Shown here one piece after another: positions 1 to 12,498 of a DNA stretch of 54,418 nt; the stretch's first letter is position 1, and the number at the start of each line of letters is the position of its first letter. Where the stretch lies: contig NC_057718.1 of NCBI RefSeq assembly GCF_004010195.1, positions 4,960,321-5,014,738 on the forward strand, in the 5' to 3' direction. The position numbers were made by a program, and so were the translations under genes. The notes under the pieces are model-generated. The model did not search any database and had not been told where the DNA came from. It saw nothing but the letters and a program-made list of their open reading frames with translations. The stretch comes from Chiloscyllium plagiosum. Its lineage: Eukaryota.

Positions 1-316
1 TCCCCATTATCTGTGGCTCCACACAAAGGCTGCCTTGCTGATCTTTGAAGGGCCCTATTCTCTCCCTAGTTACCCTTTTGTCCTTAATATATTTGTAAAA
101 ACCCTTTGGATTCTCCTTAATTCTGTTTGCCAAAGCTATCTCATGTCCCTGTTTTGCCCTCCTGATTTCCCTCTTAAGGATACTCCTACTTTCTTTATAC
201 TCTTCTAAGGATTCACTCGATCTATCCTGTCTATACCTGACATATACTTCCTTCTTTTTCTTCACCAAACCTTCAATTTCTTTAGTCATCCAGCATTCCC
301 TATACCTACCAGCCTT
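1..316 (-). mobile_element. CR1/HER1 LINE ORF2 fragment (endonuclease-RT linker)
   Basis: Minus strand reads ECWMTKEIEGLVKKKKE...KREIRRAKQGHEIALANRIKENPKGFYKYIKDKR, the typical CR1 linker (W..., K.NPK.F..Y). Confidence 0.85.
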
Positions 317-782
317 ATTGGATGTTTCTTCTCAAAATCTTATCTGGATAGTTTCCACAGCTGCTCTGACAGAGGTGGGTACACAGGAATAAAAAGTGAC
401 CATAAATGGACAATTTCACTCTGCATCTTGTGTCCTCTTTCACTTTCAAATAATAAATCCTGTTGCAGTGCAATTAACTTGAAGCAGATGACACCAGAAT
501 GCTGGGGTTTAAATTACTGCTTAATTCTGCGTTTGCAGATTAATGGCAAAGTGTAATGCGATCAGGTTCTGTATTTGATATCATTAACTGGTCTGTGTTG
601 GCTGGAATTGGAGAAATGTTATGTTCTCAAACTTGGCTGATTGCAAGAACAAATTGGTGCTGAGGGACTGGGAATACAGGATAGAAATACCTATATTGTC
701 TGCTCTGCCATTTCTGAGGAGCCGTTAAACTGAGGCTTTGTTTGACCTTTCAGGTTGGTGTAAAGGATCCCAGTTTGAAGAA

Positions 783-1128
783 GGGCAACACAGCGGCTCA
801 GTGGTTAGAACTGCTACCTCAGTTTCAGCCTCTGGTGTCTGTTTATGTGGAGTTTGCACATTCTCCCCATGTCTGCGTGGGTTTCCTCCGGGTGCTCCGG
901 TTTCCTCCCACAGTCCAAAGATGTGCAGGTCAGGTAGATTGGCCATGGGAAATTACCCGTAGTTTTCAGGGATGTGTGGGCAGGTGGAGTAACCATAGGA
1001 AATGCAAGATCACAGGGATAGGGTAGGGGAGATGGGGACTTGGGTGGGATGCTCTTTGGAGGGGTTGGTGTGAACGAGATAGGCTGAATGGCCTAATTTC
1101 ATACCGCAGGGCTTCAATGATTCTAAGA
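783..1128 (+). mobile_element. HE1-type tRNA-derived SINE (V-SINE core)
   Basis: ggctcagtggttag A-box, tgtggagtttgcacattctcccc..gggtttcctccgggtgctccggtttcctcccacagtccaaagatgtgc core, and a HER1-like 3' tail. Confidence 0.9.
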
Positions 1129-1789
1129 TCAGGGAAAGTAGCCCTAGTGCCCTTGACCCCTTACACATGGAGGATGCTGACTCTACCTGACACCACCCCC
1201 GACCCAGGGCAGGGCCTACACGAGTATCGGAGGCTACGCTTGTCTTACTGTGCTCAGACCCCGCTGAGTGAAGGCTATCCCTCTGGGGTCTGCTGACAAC
1301 TACGACAAGATTTCTCTCCTCGTGTCTGTGTTCGATGGCATGGCATGACACTCGTACTAGGAGCCCACTACCTGTGGGTGAGGGGGCAAAGTGCAAAAGG
1401 CAAGGTGCAGTCCCTGAGCTGGGGGGGTGGGCAGTGCCCCTGAACACAGTGTCCTTGCTGCAGCGCTGTATTTAGAGGGGGACCGTTGTACTGGAGCAGC
1501 ATCCTGGAAGTGGATCTGCGATGTGCCATGAGGGTTGTTAGAGGTTGGCATGCATTGATGCCAATGTCTGTAGGGTGTGTGTGGGGCTGGTGCCCATGGA
1601 GCGTGCTGTAAAATGTTGGTGCCAGTCTCCAATGTGGAGATCAGTCACAGCAAGCTTCAAACTGAATCCTTCTCCGAGCTGCTCACTGTAGTTTCTTCAT
1701 CCCTTGCCTTGAGTTTGTTGGTTTGGAGAGGCGGGAGGTGGCATATTAATGAGATGTGCTGTTAACAAAACCAATAAACTGTGGGTGCT

Positions 1790-1958
1790 GGACATCAGAA
1801 ACAAAAACAGAAATTGCTGAGGAGAGTCAGCAGGCCTGGCTGTATCTGTGGAGAGAAATAACTGAGGAAGGGTGACCATACCCAAAATGTTGACTCTGAT
1901 TTCTCTCCACAAATGCTGCCAGACCTGCTGAGTTTCTCCAGTAATTTCTGTTTGTGTT
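1790..1958. mobile_element. Fold-back Penelope-like pLTR remnant with decayed hammerhead (ctgagga..aaaatgttga)
   Basis: Arms acagaaattgctgaggagagtcagcagg and cctgctgagtttctccagtaatttctgt are inverted. Related to the PLE end at 50003. Confidence 0.7.
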
Positions 1959-2154
1959 TGTGGTGTGAACAAGGTGTTTAACAATTAATCATCGGTTGGT
2001 CCCTTGTTGCTGCCTAAAGAGAGACTTTCTCTATGCCACTTGTTCACAACCTGAAAGACAGAGCAAGGTAATTTCAATATCCAGTCATGCCTCACTGTGT
2101 TCCCGACCAGATTTTGCCACACTGCCTACCATTACCCACATCACTCAGACCCCC

Positions 2155-2290
2155 ATCAGATTCTGATGAAGGGCTTATGCCCGAAATATCAACTCTCCTG
2201 CTCCTTGGAAGCTGCCTGACCTGTTGTGCTTTTCCAGCACCTCACTTTTTGACTCTGACTCTCCATCATCTGCAGTCCTCACTTTCTCTC
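2155..2290 (+). mobile_element. Penelope-like pLTR fragment (family A) with hammerhead motif
   Basis: ctgatga-agggcttatgccc-gaaatatc followed by the family A tail gctgcctgacctg..tctgcagtcctcactttctc. Confidence 0.85.
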
Positions 2291-2799
2291 GATCTGTCCA
2301 AAAGGAAATCACAACTTAGCATAGTCTGAGGCATTCATTTAAATGAAAGCCAAATTAAAATCCTAAATAATTAGAGGACTCTGAAAGAGACTCCTTGTGG
2401 AGCCCTCCATACCCCAGAGCTATCAGTCTCAACATTAAGTGCCCTCAGTCTTTACGACAGCTGTCCAAATCTTACAGCTTAACATTGACAGCCTCTTGGC
2501 TGCCAAGCAAACAGTCACTGGATACTTCAGCATGACTGGGATCATTTCAGTCAACAATTAACTACAATGTCTTGCAAATTGCAGATCCCTTAATTGATAA
2601 AATAGAGTTGAAAGGCCTATGACATTGTGCATCTGGTGTGAAAGTCTACAGGACATAAGTTGTCAATTTGAGTTCATTCAATTCTCGAACAAACTAAAAA
2701 TGAGGAACTCCGTCTCCCAAAAGGCTGAGAGGCAACTAGACATCTCCAGACTCTAGGACGATCAGGAAGGGGATGAAGAGATGTCTGTTTGTCTATTCA

Positions 2800-3025
2800 T
2801 AGGATGTTGGTGTCAACTCCCCAGTGAAGCAGCTGAGGCTACCTCATTGAATGTTTTTAAGGCAAAGATAATTTTATAAACAGTCCAGGAATTAAGGGTG
2901 ATAGTGAGAGGGTGGGTAAATGGAGCTGAGGCCATGAAAAGATTAGCCATGATCTTATTGAATGGTGGAGCAGGCTCGAGGGACCAGATGGCCTACACCT
3001 GCTCCGAGTTCCTATATTCTTATGT
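2800..3025 (+). mobile_element. CR1 LINE 3' end (second family)
   Basis: gccatgatcttattgaatggtggagcaggctcgagggaccagatggcctac..cctatattcttatg tail, same family as 10978 and 29790. Confidence 0.8.
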
Positions 3026-3114
3026 CACTGTCTGGACAAGCAATTGTTGCCCATCTCTAATTAATGCTGGTGATGAACTTTCTTCTTAAACCTCAAGGGG
3101 TTATTTAAAAATGG

Positions 3115-3291
3115 AATCAAACAACACCAGGTTATTGTCCAACAGGTTTATTTGAAATTACAAGCTTTCAGAGCGCTGCCCCTTCATCAGGCTTGGTATA
3201 AGCTTGCAATTTCAAATAAAGCGGTTGGACTATAAACTGGTGTCATTTTGACCTTGTCCACCCCAGTCCATCTCCGGCATCTCCACGTCAT
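3115..3291. mobile_element. Fold-back Penelope-like element (family B), hammerhead on minus strand
   Basis: acaccaggttattgtccaacaggtttatttgaaattacaagct is inverted as agcttgcaatttcaaataaagcggttggactataaactggtgt. Minus strand reads ctgatga-aggggcagcgctct-gaaagctt. Confidence 0.8.
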
Positions 3292-4560
3292 AAAATAAAG
3301 AGAAGGTAATGGAGTATTGTTACCCATCAGTCCCATCAAAATGAATGGTAGGAAAGGGAGTGAGGTTGAAATGTCCACCCTCCACTGGGAGGGAGCAAGA
3401 GTGGGCTAAAAGCAATCACTTTGTTATCCCATTTTTCCACTCACTCACTTCCATGAACAGAGATGTACATCATTGATCCTACTGGAAGCAGGTCTAGAGT
3501 TGGAAATGCTCTCTTTTGACAAAAGAATCATTTAAAAAGACTACACCTACAACCAAAAGGTCTTGAGAGTTCATAAAATAGAAGTTTCGCCTGAAAACGT
3601 TTTTTCAAGATACCATTACATATTCGAATGTTCAATGGCTTTAAAAACAGTCTAGCTGTACATTGGTGGAACCTTCCAGAATAGGAGGGAGGTCACTGCT
3701 GCTGCACCAACTCTCCACCTCAAAAGAGGGATCCTCTCTTCGCTTAGCATTCTCTCCCTGGTCCCTTACAAACATTAATGCCAAATATTAATAATATATA
3801 AATGGTAATGGCCTTATGAAATATCGATGAGAGATCTCAAAATATCCTCAAAATCTTTGTCAATACACAATGGCTTCATTAAGACTAGAGGTGAATGTAT
3901 TTCAAATGATTCTCAAGGAATTAGTGTTATGAGGTCAGAAAAATGAATTATTGGTATTTCATCAATCGATTGAATCAGTTTGTGATTCTAATGTGCATCT
4001 ATGGGGAAGCTATTAGACCTGGCTGTGGGATTTGCTCCTTAAATTTCTAAATATTATCTTTATTTTTCCAACTCCCACAGTCTTTTTTAATGAATGTGAT
4101 CACTGCTGATTACCATGACTGCTGACTCCCTGTCTGTATTCTGAGCTGAGGTTGCAATGACCCTGAATGTGGGTGAGAGCTAGATGCAGCTCATCGCTGT
4201 GTGAATTTGTCCAGTACAGTTATCACAGATTGTAAAAGCACTTCGGGATTAATCCTGGGATGAACAATCTCTCAGCTACTTTTCATTGCAACATGCAATC
4301 TCAACATGAAACATTTGGCTCAACTGGTCCATGTTGGCGTTTATCCTTCCCACAAGAAAATACTTGCAATTAATTTACTCTCTTTAGATTTAAATCTCTT
4401 TCACCCATTTTTCTTCTACCCTTCCCTGTTCAATCTAATCCCAAATGTTGACCGAACTTCTATCCCACCAATCCTGAGGGTGAATCTCACAACTCGTGTG
4501 TCTGAAGATGCTATTCCCAACCTCGGCCCTAGTTCTTTGATATTTAATCTTCTGTTCCAT

Positions 4561-5397
4561 GGGGCCAGGGAGTGGCAGGTGATGTTTAATTCAGATCAAT
4601 GTGAGGTGCTGCATTTCAGCAAGGCAAATCAGGTTAGGACTTATGTACTTAATAGTAGGGCCCTGGGGAGTGTTGTCAAATGACGATCTTGGAGTGCAGG
4701 TTCATAGCTCATTGAAAGTGGAGTCACAGGTAGACAGAGTGATCAAAAAAGTGGTTGGTATACTTCCCTTTATGGGTCAGTGCACTGAGTATAGGAGTTG
4801 AGAGGTCATGTTGCGGTTGTGCAGCACATTGGTTAGGCCACCTTTGGAATTCTGCATGCAGTTCTGGTCTCCCTGTTACAGGAAAGGTGCTGTTAAACTT
4901 AAAAGGGTGCAGAAAATATGGACAAGAAATTTGCCAGGGTTGGAGGGTATGAGCTATACGTAGGGGGTGAATAGGCTGGGGCTGTTTTTTTCTGGAGCAT
5001 CGGAGGATGAGAGATGACCTTATAGAGGTTTATTAAATCATGAGGGGCGTGGATAAGTTGAAATGGTCAAAGTCTTTTCCCCAGGGTAGGGGAGTCCAAA
5101 ATTAGAGGGCAAAGGTTTAAGGTGAGAGGGGACAGATATAACAGGGAAATAAGGGGAAACTTTTTCATGAAGAGGATGATGTGTATATGGAATGAGCTGC
5201 CAAAGGAAGTGATGGAGGCTGGTACAATTGCAACATTTAGAAGGCATCTGGATGGGTATATGAATAGGAAGGGCTTAGAGGGTTTTGGGCCAAGTGCTGG
5301 CAAATGGGACTAGATTAATTTAGGATATCTGGCCGGCATGGATGAGTTGGGCTGAAGAGTCTGTTTCTGTGCTGTACAGCTCTCTGACACTGTAACT
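4561..5397 (+). mobile_element. HER1/CR1 LINE, 5'-truncated
   Basis: WQVMFNSDQCEVLHF, DLGVQVHSSLKV and RHLDGYMNRKGLEG peptides plus the HER1 3' UTR. Confidence 0.92.
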
Positions 5398-5448
5398 GTG
5401 GTCAATACGTATTTGTAATAGAGTAAATTCCATTACTCCATGGATGAG

Positions 5449-5988
5449 TAGAGTCATAGAATTGTACAGCACGGAAAGAGACCCTTCGGTCCAACCCATC
5501 CATGCCAACCAGATATCCCAACACAATCTTGTCCCACCTGCCAGCACTTGGCCCATATCCCTCCAAACCCGTCCTATTCATATACCCATCCAAATGCCTT
5601 TTAAGTGTTGTCATTCTACTAGCCTCCACCACTTCCTCTGACAACTCATTCCATACACATACCACCCTCTGCTTGAAAATGTTGTCCCTTAGGTCCCTTG
5701 TTAAATCCTTCTCCCCTCACCTTAAACCAATGCCTTCTCATTCTGATATACACTCCCCGCGCCCCCAGGGAAAAGACCTTGTCTATTTATCCTATCCCTG
5801 CTCCTCATGATATTATAAATCTCTATAAGGTCACCCCACAGCTTCTGACACTCCAGGGAAAACAGCCCCAGCCTGTTCAGCCTCTCCCAGTAGCTCAAAT
5901 CCTCCAACCCTGGCAACTTTTCTAAATCTTTCAAGTTTCACAACATTCTTCCGATAGGAAGGAGGCCAGAATTGCATGCAATATTCCA
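5449..5988 (-). mobile_element. HER1/CR1 LINE 3' fragment
   Basis: agagtcataga tail; minus-strand EYCMQFWPPSYRK and WNELSEEVVEA peptides. Confidence 0.92.
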
Positions 5989-6477
5989 TTTCAGTATACA
6001 ATGTGTTGCAAACTGCAGGTCCCCCTAATTTATAAAATAGCATCAGAAGGCCTGCAACATCATTACAGTCCACATGAGAATCATCTGACAAAGAATCAAA
6101 GGAGGTGTGAAGGGAGCTGACCAAGAGTATGGCCAAAGAGCTACATTTTTGGGAGACCCTCAAAGGACAAGATCTAGGGAGGGAGTGCCAGAGGTTAAGA
6201 CCGAGGCAGCAGAGGCATTATCGCTAGTGGTGGAGTAGAGGAAATGGGATTTGCACAAGAGGCTCAAATTGGAGGAGTTCTGAGATCTCAGGCAAGGCTT
6301 CCCTGGTTTGTAGATTTGTGAGGGATGAAAGTAGGTTGGATTTCTTCCATGTTTCCCAATTTTTCAGAAGTGCGCTGATTCTACAATCAATTCTTCACAT
6401 CCCATGGTCATATCTGTGTTCCCACAGGCAACAGGTTAGTGGGAGGTAGAGCCATGGAATTAAATAAATACAGAAAG

Positions 6478-6528
6478 CACACACACACCCACACACACAC
6501 ACCCACACATACACACACACACACACAC
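6478..6528. repeat. (CA)n microsatellite
   Basis: Imperfect CA run seen directly. Confidence 0.95.
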
Positions 6529-8066
6529 AGGCGATCCAATACCTTATTAAGCTCTGGTGATGTATCAACAGAATGACATGCTGAGTGCGACATGACAATG
6601 TAATCAAGTTGCAGCATTGCTAAGTAGTGTAACCTGAGATGGCAGTTTCACTTTGAGGGATTTCCTGGGATATTCATCACTAACCATCAATTCACAAGAT
6701 GTAATTGAAGTTAGAGGCCATCATATATAATAGGTTTGTGTGATGTAGTTGTTTAATTTCATTCCAAGATATCATGCGGTATGACAGTACAACACAAGGT
6801 TTTAATGTATTTAAAGGGGATGTAGAAGAGTTTTTGATGAAACTGTCAAAAATCCAACCTGAAAATGTTAATCCTTTTTACTGATGTTGTTAAGGGTATA
6901 GTGTGGTGAAACTGGACTCTCCAATTTCCCCGTTCCCATGTGGGTTTCTCCAGTGCCTCAGTCCTTCAGTTTATTTTATTCCTCATCTATTACTATTCTT
7001 TGACCACAACATCTGAAGACACAAAGTCAGGTTTCACATCCACATTGATACCGTCCAGCTCTACATCAGCTCTATCTCCCTCAACTCCTCCACTGACTCG
7101 TTGAGGCCCAGCGCTGGAGTTTCAGAAATTTCTTCCATCTCATAATTTGTGAAGCCAGAATCATGGAGGAGAATTTTACTCAGAGGTTTTAGCCCCAGTC
7201 ATTGGTACATAATCGGAGGGCAACTCCGCCCTCCCCACTTCCTTCACTAGCCAGGACACCAACAGCCAATGAATGAGCCTTCAAGCCTAATTAGTCTTGG
7301 ATCTCCAAGGTCTACTGACCAATCAAATGTTGGCAGCTGTTACATCTCACCCAGGAGTGGTGGCCACTGCTGAGACTACAAGCCGCACCCATTGAGGAGG
7401 GGTCAGTTTGTTGGACTTTGGTACTTGGTACAGTGGGGGTAGCAGGGGTGGGGTGGGGGCAGAGGGGAGAATGCACAGCGGATGAAGACATTACCATGGT
7501 GGAGGTCTTCTTTGGACAGAAGGTGAGAAGATTTCACCTGATAGCATTACCATGAGGCCCCAAGCACCACTGGTAACATCAGGGGAGGCAGGAGGAAGCC
7601 CTTCACTGACCAGGGTCTTAATTGCCTCAGAGACGAGCAATCTCACCCCCCCACCTACCCACCCCCACTTCCCCGTCTGCACTTGGGTAGGGGATAGTTA
7701 TAGCTTCCATCCAATGTCTTTGACAGTGTCCCTACCACAAATTCCCTTCCTTCTTCTCCAACTTTGTCCCGTTTCTCTGTTAAGTGTCAGAGGCTGAAGT
7801 AGACTTTCCACCGTCTCACCCTAAGAAGGTCTTCCTCTTAAACATCCACTCCATCATCACACATCACCCCATTCCTGTCCCAGCCCAGCTGTCACTGAAA
7901 CCTTGCTGACCTTTGGACTTGACATTCCCCAAACCTGATCAACCCGCCATTGCCCGTTACCTCTGGATGTTCCTCCCTAAAATTCTACCTTTTCTCATTC
8001 TCTCTCTCTCTCCCTGCAGTTTTCCCACTTTAAGCCAAAATTTTAAACCAAACTTTTTGCCGCCCA

Positions 8067-9131
8067 TGTTATAACATGGAGGTCAAATCCCTCTATTAAT
8101 TAAAACCAAACACCCAGAGAAGCTCATCTCGCCTCATAATCTGTTAAATGTGTGATGGAGTGACAGGGGACTCCTAATTTCCACTATTTAAAGAAAAATA
8201 ACAATTCATTTTCCTAACAGAAAACAAAAGAAAACTATTCACAAACTGAACACTCTTTCCCCTAACTGAATACAATCCTATTAACATGCTGTTCCAATAA
8301 CACACTTATTAACATTATATTAACTTAATCTCAAGTCCACACAGTCTCTGTCTTCAATCTTCCATCTGCTGATCTCCTTGGGTCATCTTCTTTCTTTTTA
8401 CTGTGAGTCTGTTTTACAGGAAATGCTACCTCTTGATATAAAGTGCCTTCTAATTTCCTTGGAGCAGCGTTTTAGATGGGCATTTAGCTCTTCAGCACTG
8501 AGGCAATTGCTTTGCTGTTTGGTGGTAGATATAAAGTCATAGAGTCATAGAGATGCACAGCACGGAAACAGACCCTTCGGTTCAACCTGCCATGCTGACC
8601 AGATATCCCAACCCAATCTAGTCCCACCTGCCAGCACCCGGCCCATATCCCTCCAAACCCTTCCTATTCATATACCCATCCAGATGCCTTTTAAATGTTG
8701 CAATTGTACCAGCCTGCACCACTTCCTCAGGCACACCATTGCATCACCCTCTGCGTGAAAAGATTGCCCATAGGGTTTTTTTAATATCTTTCCCCTCTCA
8801 CCCTAAAATTTTCCAAATGCCCACTTTTTTATGCCCCCAACATCATTCCTTCTCATTGGTCTGATGTTGTCAAAATAATGATTTCAAACTCAATTGGGTT
8901 TTAGTATCCTGGCTATAATTTAAAGTAATTGGTTAAATTTGAATTATTGAGAAAACAGCAACCAAAAGTCAGGTATCCCTTTCCCAGCCAATTGTTCCAT
9001 CTATCTATTTAGGAACAGCCTGTCACCCAGCCTTTCCATTCGGAAGCTGAGCCTGAACTTGAAGTTGACTTCAGTATTCAGAAGACACTCTCCATTTTTA
9101 AGTGAACACATATACTTTCAACTTTGTAACA
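8067..9131 (-). mobile_element. Solo LTR (Gypsy/ERV-like) with nested HER1
   Basis: Termini tgtta...taaca. Flanks ccca / cctg fit a CpG-decayed 4-bp TSD cccg. It interrupts an L2 tail. Confidence 0.6.
8533..8808 (-). mobile_element. HER1 LINE 3' fragment
   Basis: (agtcatag)n tail and cagcacggaaacagacccttcgg 3' UTR. Confidence 0.9.
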
Positions 9132-9164
9132 CCTGTGGGGCAATATTAGATTTTGTTTGATAGT

Positions 9165-9373
9165 CTGTGATGTCTGCCTTTTTAACTTTGCTGCTTGTTT
9201 TCTAACCTATGGTTATACTGTGTATAGCTGTAATGTATCTTTTATTTTCTTCATTTCTCTATTCTGTAATTTAGGATTTGACCGAGGTACTCTGTACCCA
9301 AGATGGCTCTGTAAGTGGCGACTTATAAACTTTTCGCTGTTCTCATTTGACATTAAAGCTAATTCAATTCAAT
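9165..9373 (+). mobile_element. Dispersed repeat with (ATTCA)n tail, probably a non-LTR (Rex1/Babar-like) 3' end
   Basis: aagatggc..gtaagtggcgac..taaagctaattcaattcaat. Inverted copies at ~21896-22125 and ~34641-34800. Confidence 0.6.
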
Positions 9374-9449
9374 AGTGTTTCTGTGAAGCATTTTGGAGTT
9401 TTGCCATGGTGAGGTGCTATACCAAGGCAGTGGTAGTGTTGTTAAATTA

Positions 9450-9640
9450 CAGTCAAGATTGTGACGTTGACTGGGGAAGGGTTAATGCATCCCAGTGTGA
9501 ACAAGCTGAATTAATTAACATCAATAGGGAGAAGGCAGTACTTGGAGGTGTTGCTGAGTCAGACACCGTGAAAGAGCTCGATTAGCATAATTACAAATTG
9601 AGTCAGTAGTCCAGAATGTAGCAACTGGGAGTCATCTGAC
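9450..9640. promoter_or_regulatory. Candidate enhancer (AP-1/MARE + POU/homeobox motifs)
   Basis: tgctgagtca at 9552, attagcataat at 9581, tgagtca at 9599 and aattaattaa, all in non-repeat sequence. Confidence 0.35.
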
Positions 9641-10088
9641 AACATTTGCCAGTTTTACATTCGATAAAGCAGAATGCTACGAATGATACTCCCCATTCCT
9701 CTTCACTGTATAAGTTGAAACTACTAAGGAGGGTATCCCAAAAGATTATTTGTAGCACCAATGGGACAACACTGAGCTGAAGCTTCTGTGTATAGTCTAT
9801 TTCTCCAAATGTACAGCATGTGTACATTTACATTTGAGTGACTGTGTCCAGTCCTATGCTGAATGTTTCTCACACAGGAGAGTCTCCATACACTGTCAGG
9901 AGTCCAACAGGATTGTCCCCATAAAAGGGAAAAAAATCACTCACCGCTGCTTCTCGGACCAGCATGCCTGTCCAGATTCCCTGAACTGAAGACCGAGTCA
10001 GGATTTTATCCTTCTGTCTCAATCAGTCAGGAAAAACACTAGGAGGCCACTAAAAAGGGACTAAAAACTCTCCTTTCACTGCACACGT

Positions 10089-10750
10089 CGAGTCATCGAG
10101 ATGTACAGCACAGAAACAGACCCTTCGGTCCAACTTGCAACACACTGTAGCTAATTGTATACTGAAATGAACATATTCTATTCATCCATGGAGCAATGGA
10201 TTTTACTCTATTAGAAGACATCACATATATGCAAATACTTATTGACTACAGTCATAGGGTCAGAAAGCTGGACAGCATGGAAACAGACTCTTCAGTCCAC
10301 CTTGTCCATGCCGACCAGCTATCCAAATTAATCTAGTCCCATTTGCCAGCATTAGCCCATATCCCTCTCAACCCTTCCTATTCACATACTCATCCAGATG
10401 CCTTTTAAATGTTGTAATTATACTAGCCTCCACCACTTCCTCTGGCAACTCATTCCACACACTCACCACCCTCTGTGTGAAAAAGTTGCCCCTTAGGTCC
10501 CTTTTAAATCCCTCCGTCTCACCTTAAATCTATGCCCTCTAGTTCTGGATTCTCCCAACTAGGGAAAAAAACTTTGTTTATTTACTCTATTCATGCCCCT
10601 CATAATTTTATAAACCTCTATAAAGTCACCCCTCAGCCTCCAATGCTCCAAGGACAACAGCCCCAGCCTGTTCAGCCTCTCCCTGTGGCTCAAATCCTCC
10701 AACCTGGCAACATCCCTGTAAATCTTTTCTGAACCCTTTCAAGTTTCATG
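10089..10750 (-). mobile_element. HER1 LINE 3' fragment (10250-10750) with extra downstream tail, plus a tiny HER1 3' end (10089-10137)
   Basis: HER1 3' UTR and ORF2 end on the minus strand. Tail 10135-10250 matches 5398-5451 + 5980-6011. Confidence 0.88.
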
Positions 10751-10977
10751 GAGAAGTGAAACACATGTTATAAACCCTTACGTCCTTATTTTAACCCCTG
10801 CCACTTAATAGGAACAGATCTGTGATAAATGTCATGATTTAAGGCCTGTTGTTCAGCCCTGAAGCCGATAGATATGGAGTCCCACCAAGTCCAGGATTAC
10901 TCTGAAGGAAAAACTAGTAAAACTAGTGAAGTAGGGATGCCTGTCCAACCCATCCTGTAGAAAATAGCAACTTCAAT

Positions 10978-11740
10978 GGAAACATAGAAAATAGGAGCAG
11001 GAGTAGGCCATTCAGCCCATCGAGTCTGCTCCACTATTCAATATGATCATGGCTGATCATCCAACTCAATCCCCTGTTCCTACTTTCTTCCCATACCCTT
11101 TGAACCCTTTAGCCTTACAAACTGTATCTAACTCCTCCTTATAAACATTCAGCATTTTGTCCTCAACTGCTTTCTACGCCAGAGAATTCCACAGGTTCAC
11201 CAATCTCTGGGTGAAGGAATTTCTCCTCATCTTAGTCCTAAGTGGCCTACCTCATACCTTTAGACTGTGGCTTCTGGTTCTGGACTCCTCGGTCTTTGGG
11301 AATACCTTTCCTCCCACACTTATCCTGTCTCGTCCTGTTAGAAGTTTTAGGTGTTTTTGAGAATCCCTCCCTCTTTCTTCCAAACTGCGGTGAATGTAGC
11401 ACTAAATGATCCAGTCTCACTTCACACTTCCGTCCTGCTATCCCAGTCAGGTAAAGCTTGGTTGCACTATTTCCATTGCCACGATATCGTTTCTCAGATA
11501 AGGAGACCAAAACTGCACAGAAGTTGTCTCACTAAGGCCCTGTACAATTGCGGCAAGACATCCCTTCTCCTCCACTCAAATCCACTGGCTATGAAAGCCA
11601 ATATACCATTTGCCGCCTTCTCTGCCTGCTGCTCCTGCATGCTTCCTGTCAGTGACTGGTGCACGAGGACACCCAGGTATCGTTGTACCTTGTCCTTTCC
11701 CAGTCTATACCATTGAGATAATAATCTTGCCATCCTGCCT
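10978..11740 (-). mobile_element. CR1 LINE 3' portion (second family)
   Basis: gaaacatagaaaataggagcaggagtaggccattcagccc tail; QRYLGVLVHQSL..KAANGILAFIASGFE..LPQLYRALVR peptide. Confidence 0.9.
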
Positions 11741-11899
11741 CCCACACAAGAAAGTATGTTCATTTCTAAGTATTATTGGCTTTCTGCTGGGTTCTTTTCC
11801 TTCCTGTCAGCACCTCCTTGGGGCTGGTTCGCTAAGGTATCCAATAGCCACTTTGCTTGGTCTCACGGCTCTCATTGTGGGATACAACTGTCTTCACTT

Positions 11900-12498
11900 A
11901 GACTCATAGGGTCATAAAGTCATACAGCATGGAAACAGACCCTTCAGTCCAACTAGTCCATGCTGATCATGTTCCCAAACTAAACTAGTCCCACCTACCT
12001 GCTCCTGGCCTATATCTCTCCAAACCTTTCCTGCTCATGTACCTATCCAAATGTCTTTTAAATGTTATAACTGTACCCACATCCATCACTTCCTCTGGCA
12101 GTTCATTCCACGCAGGAACCACTCTCTGTGTAAAAAAAGCTGTCCTTTAAATCTCTCTTCTCTCACCTTAAAACTATGCACCCTAGTCTTGAACTCCCCA
12201 TTCTAGGGAAAAGACCCTTGTTGTTCACCTTAGCTATGCCCCTCGTGATTTTATAAACTTCTATAAGGTCAACCCTCAACCTCCTACGCTCTGGTGGAAA
12301 ATATCTCAGCCTATCCAGACTATTTTTGGATCTCAAAACCTCTATTCTCGGCAACATCCTGGTAAATCTTTTCTGAACCCTACTATGTTTAATAATATTC
12401 TTCCTATCCCTGGGTGACCAGAACTGCACACTGGTATTCCAGAAGAGGCCTCACCAACGTCCTGTACAACCTCAACATGACTTCCCAACCCCTACACT
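11900..12498 (-). mobile_element. HER1 LINE 3' fragment
   Basis: QFWSP..RVQKRFTRMLP..RRRLRVDLIEVYKI peptide and 3' UTR. Confidence 0.9.

Larger units (their letters stand above)
6930..9445 (+). mobile_element. Old L2-clade LINE remnants interrupted by LTR, HER1 and other inserts
   Basis: Decayed RT pieces (caggtttcacatccacattgataccgtccagctctac ~ RFHMYADDTQLY) and an L2-like 3' tail (ttttgtttgata...ctgtgaagcattttgg...tgctata). Confidence 0.55.

Noticed and set aside
1140..1765. GC-rich stretch with several ORFs (similar at ~7165-7700, 13145-14313, 42830-43440, 46930-47520)
   Set aside because: No recognisable protein. These may be decayed Harbinger-like DNA transposons, but TIRs and TSDs could not be established.
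9940..9995. Minus-strand 36-nt exon candidate (GIWTGMLVREAA, GTGAGT donor)
   Set aside because: Weak acceptor, no recognisable partner exon, and possibly a TE 5' UTR.
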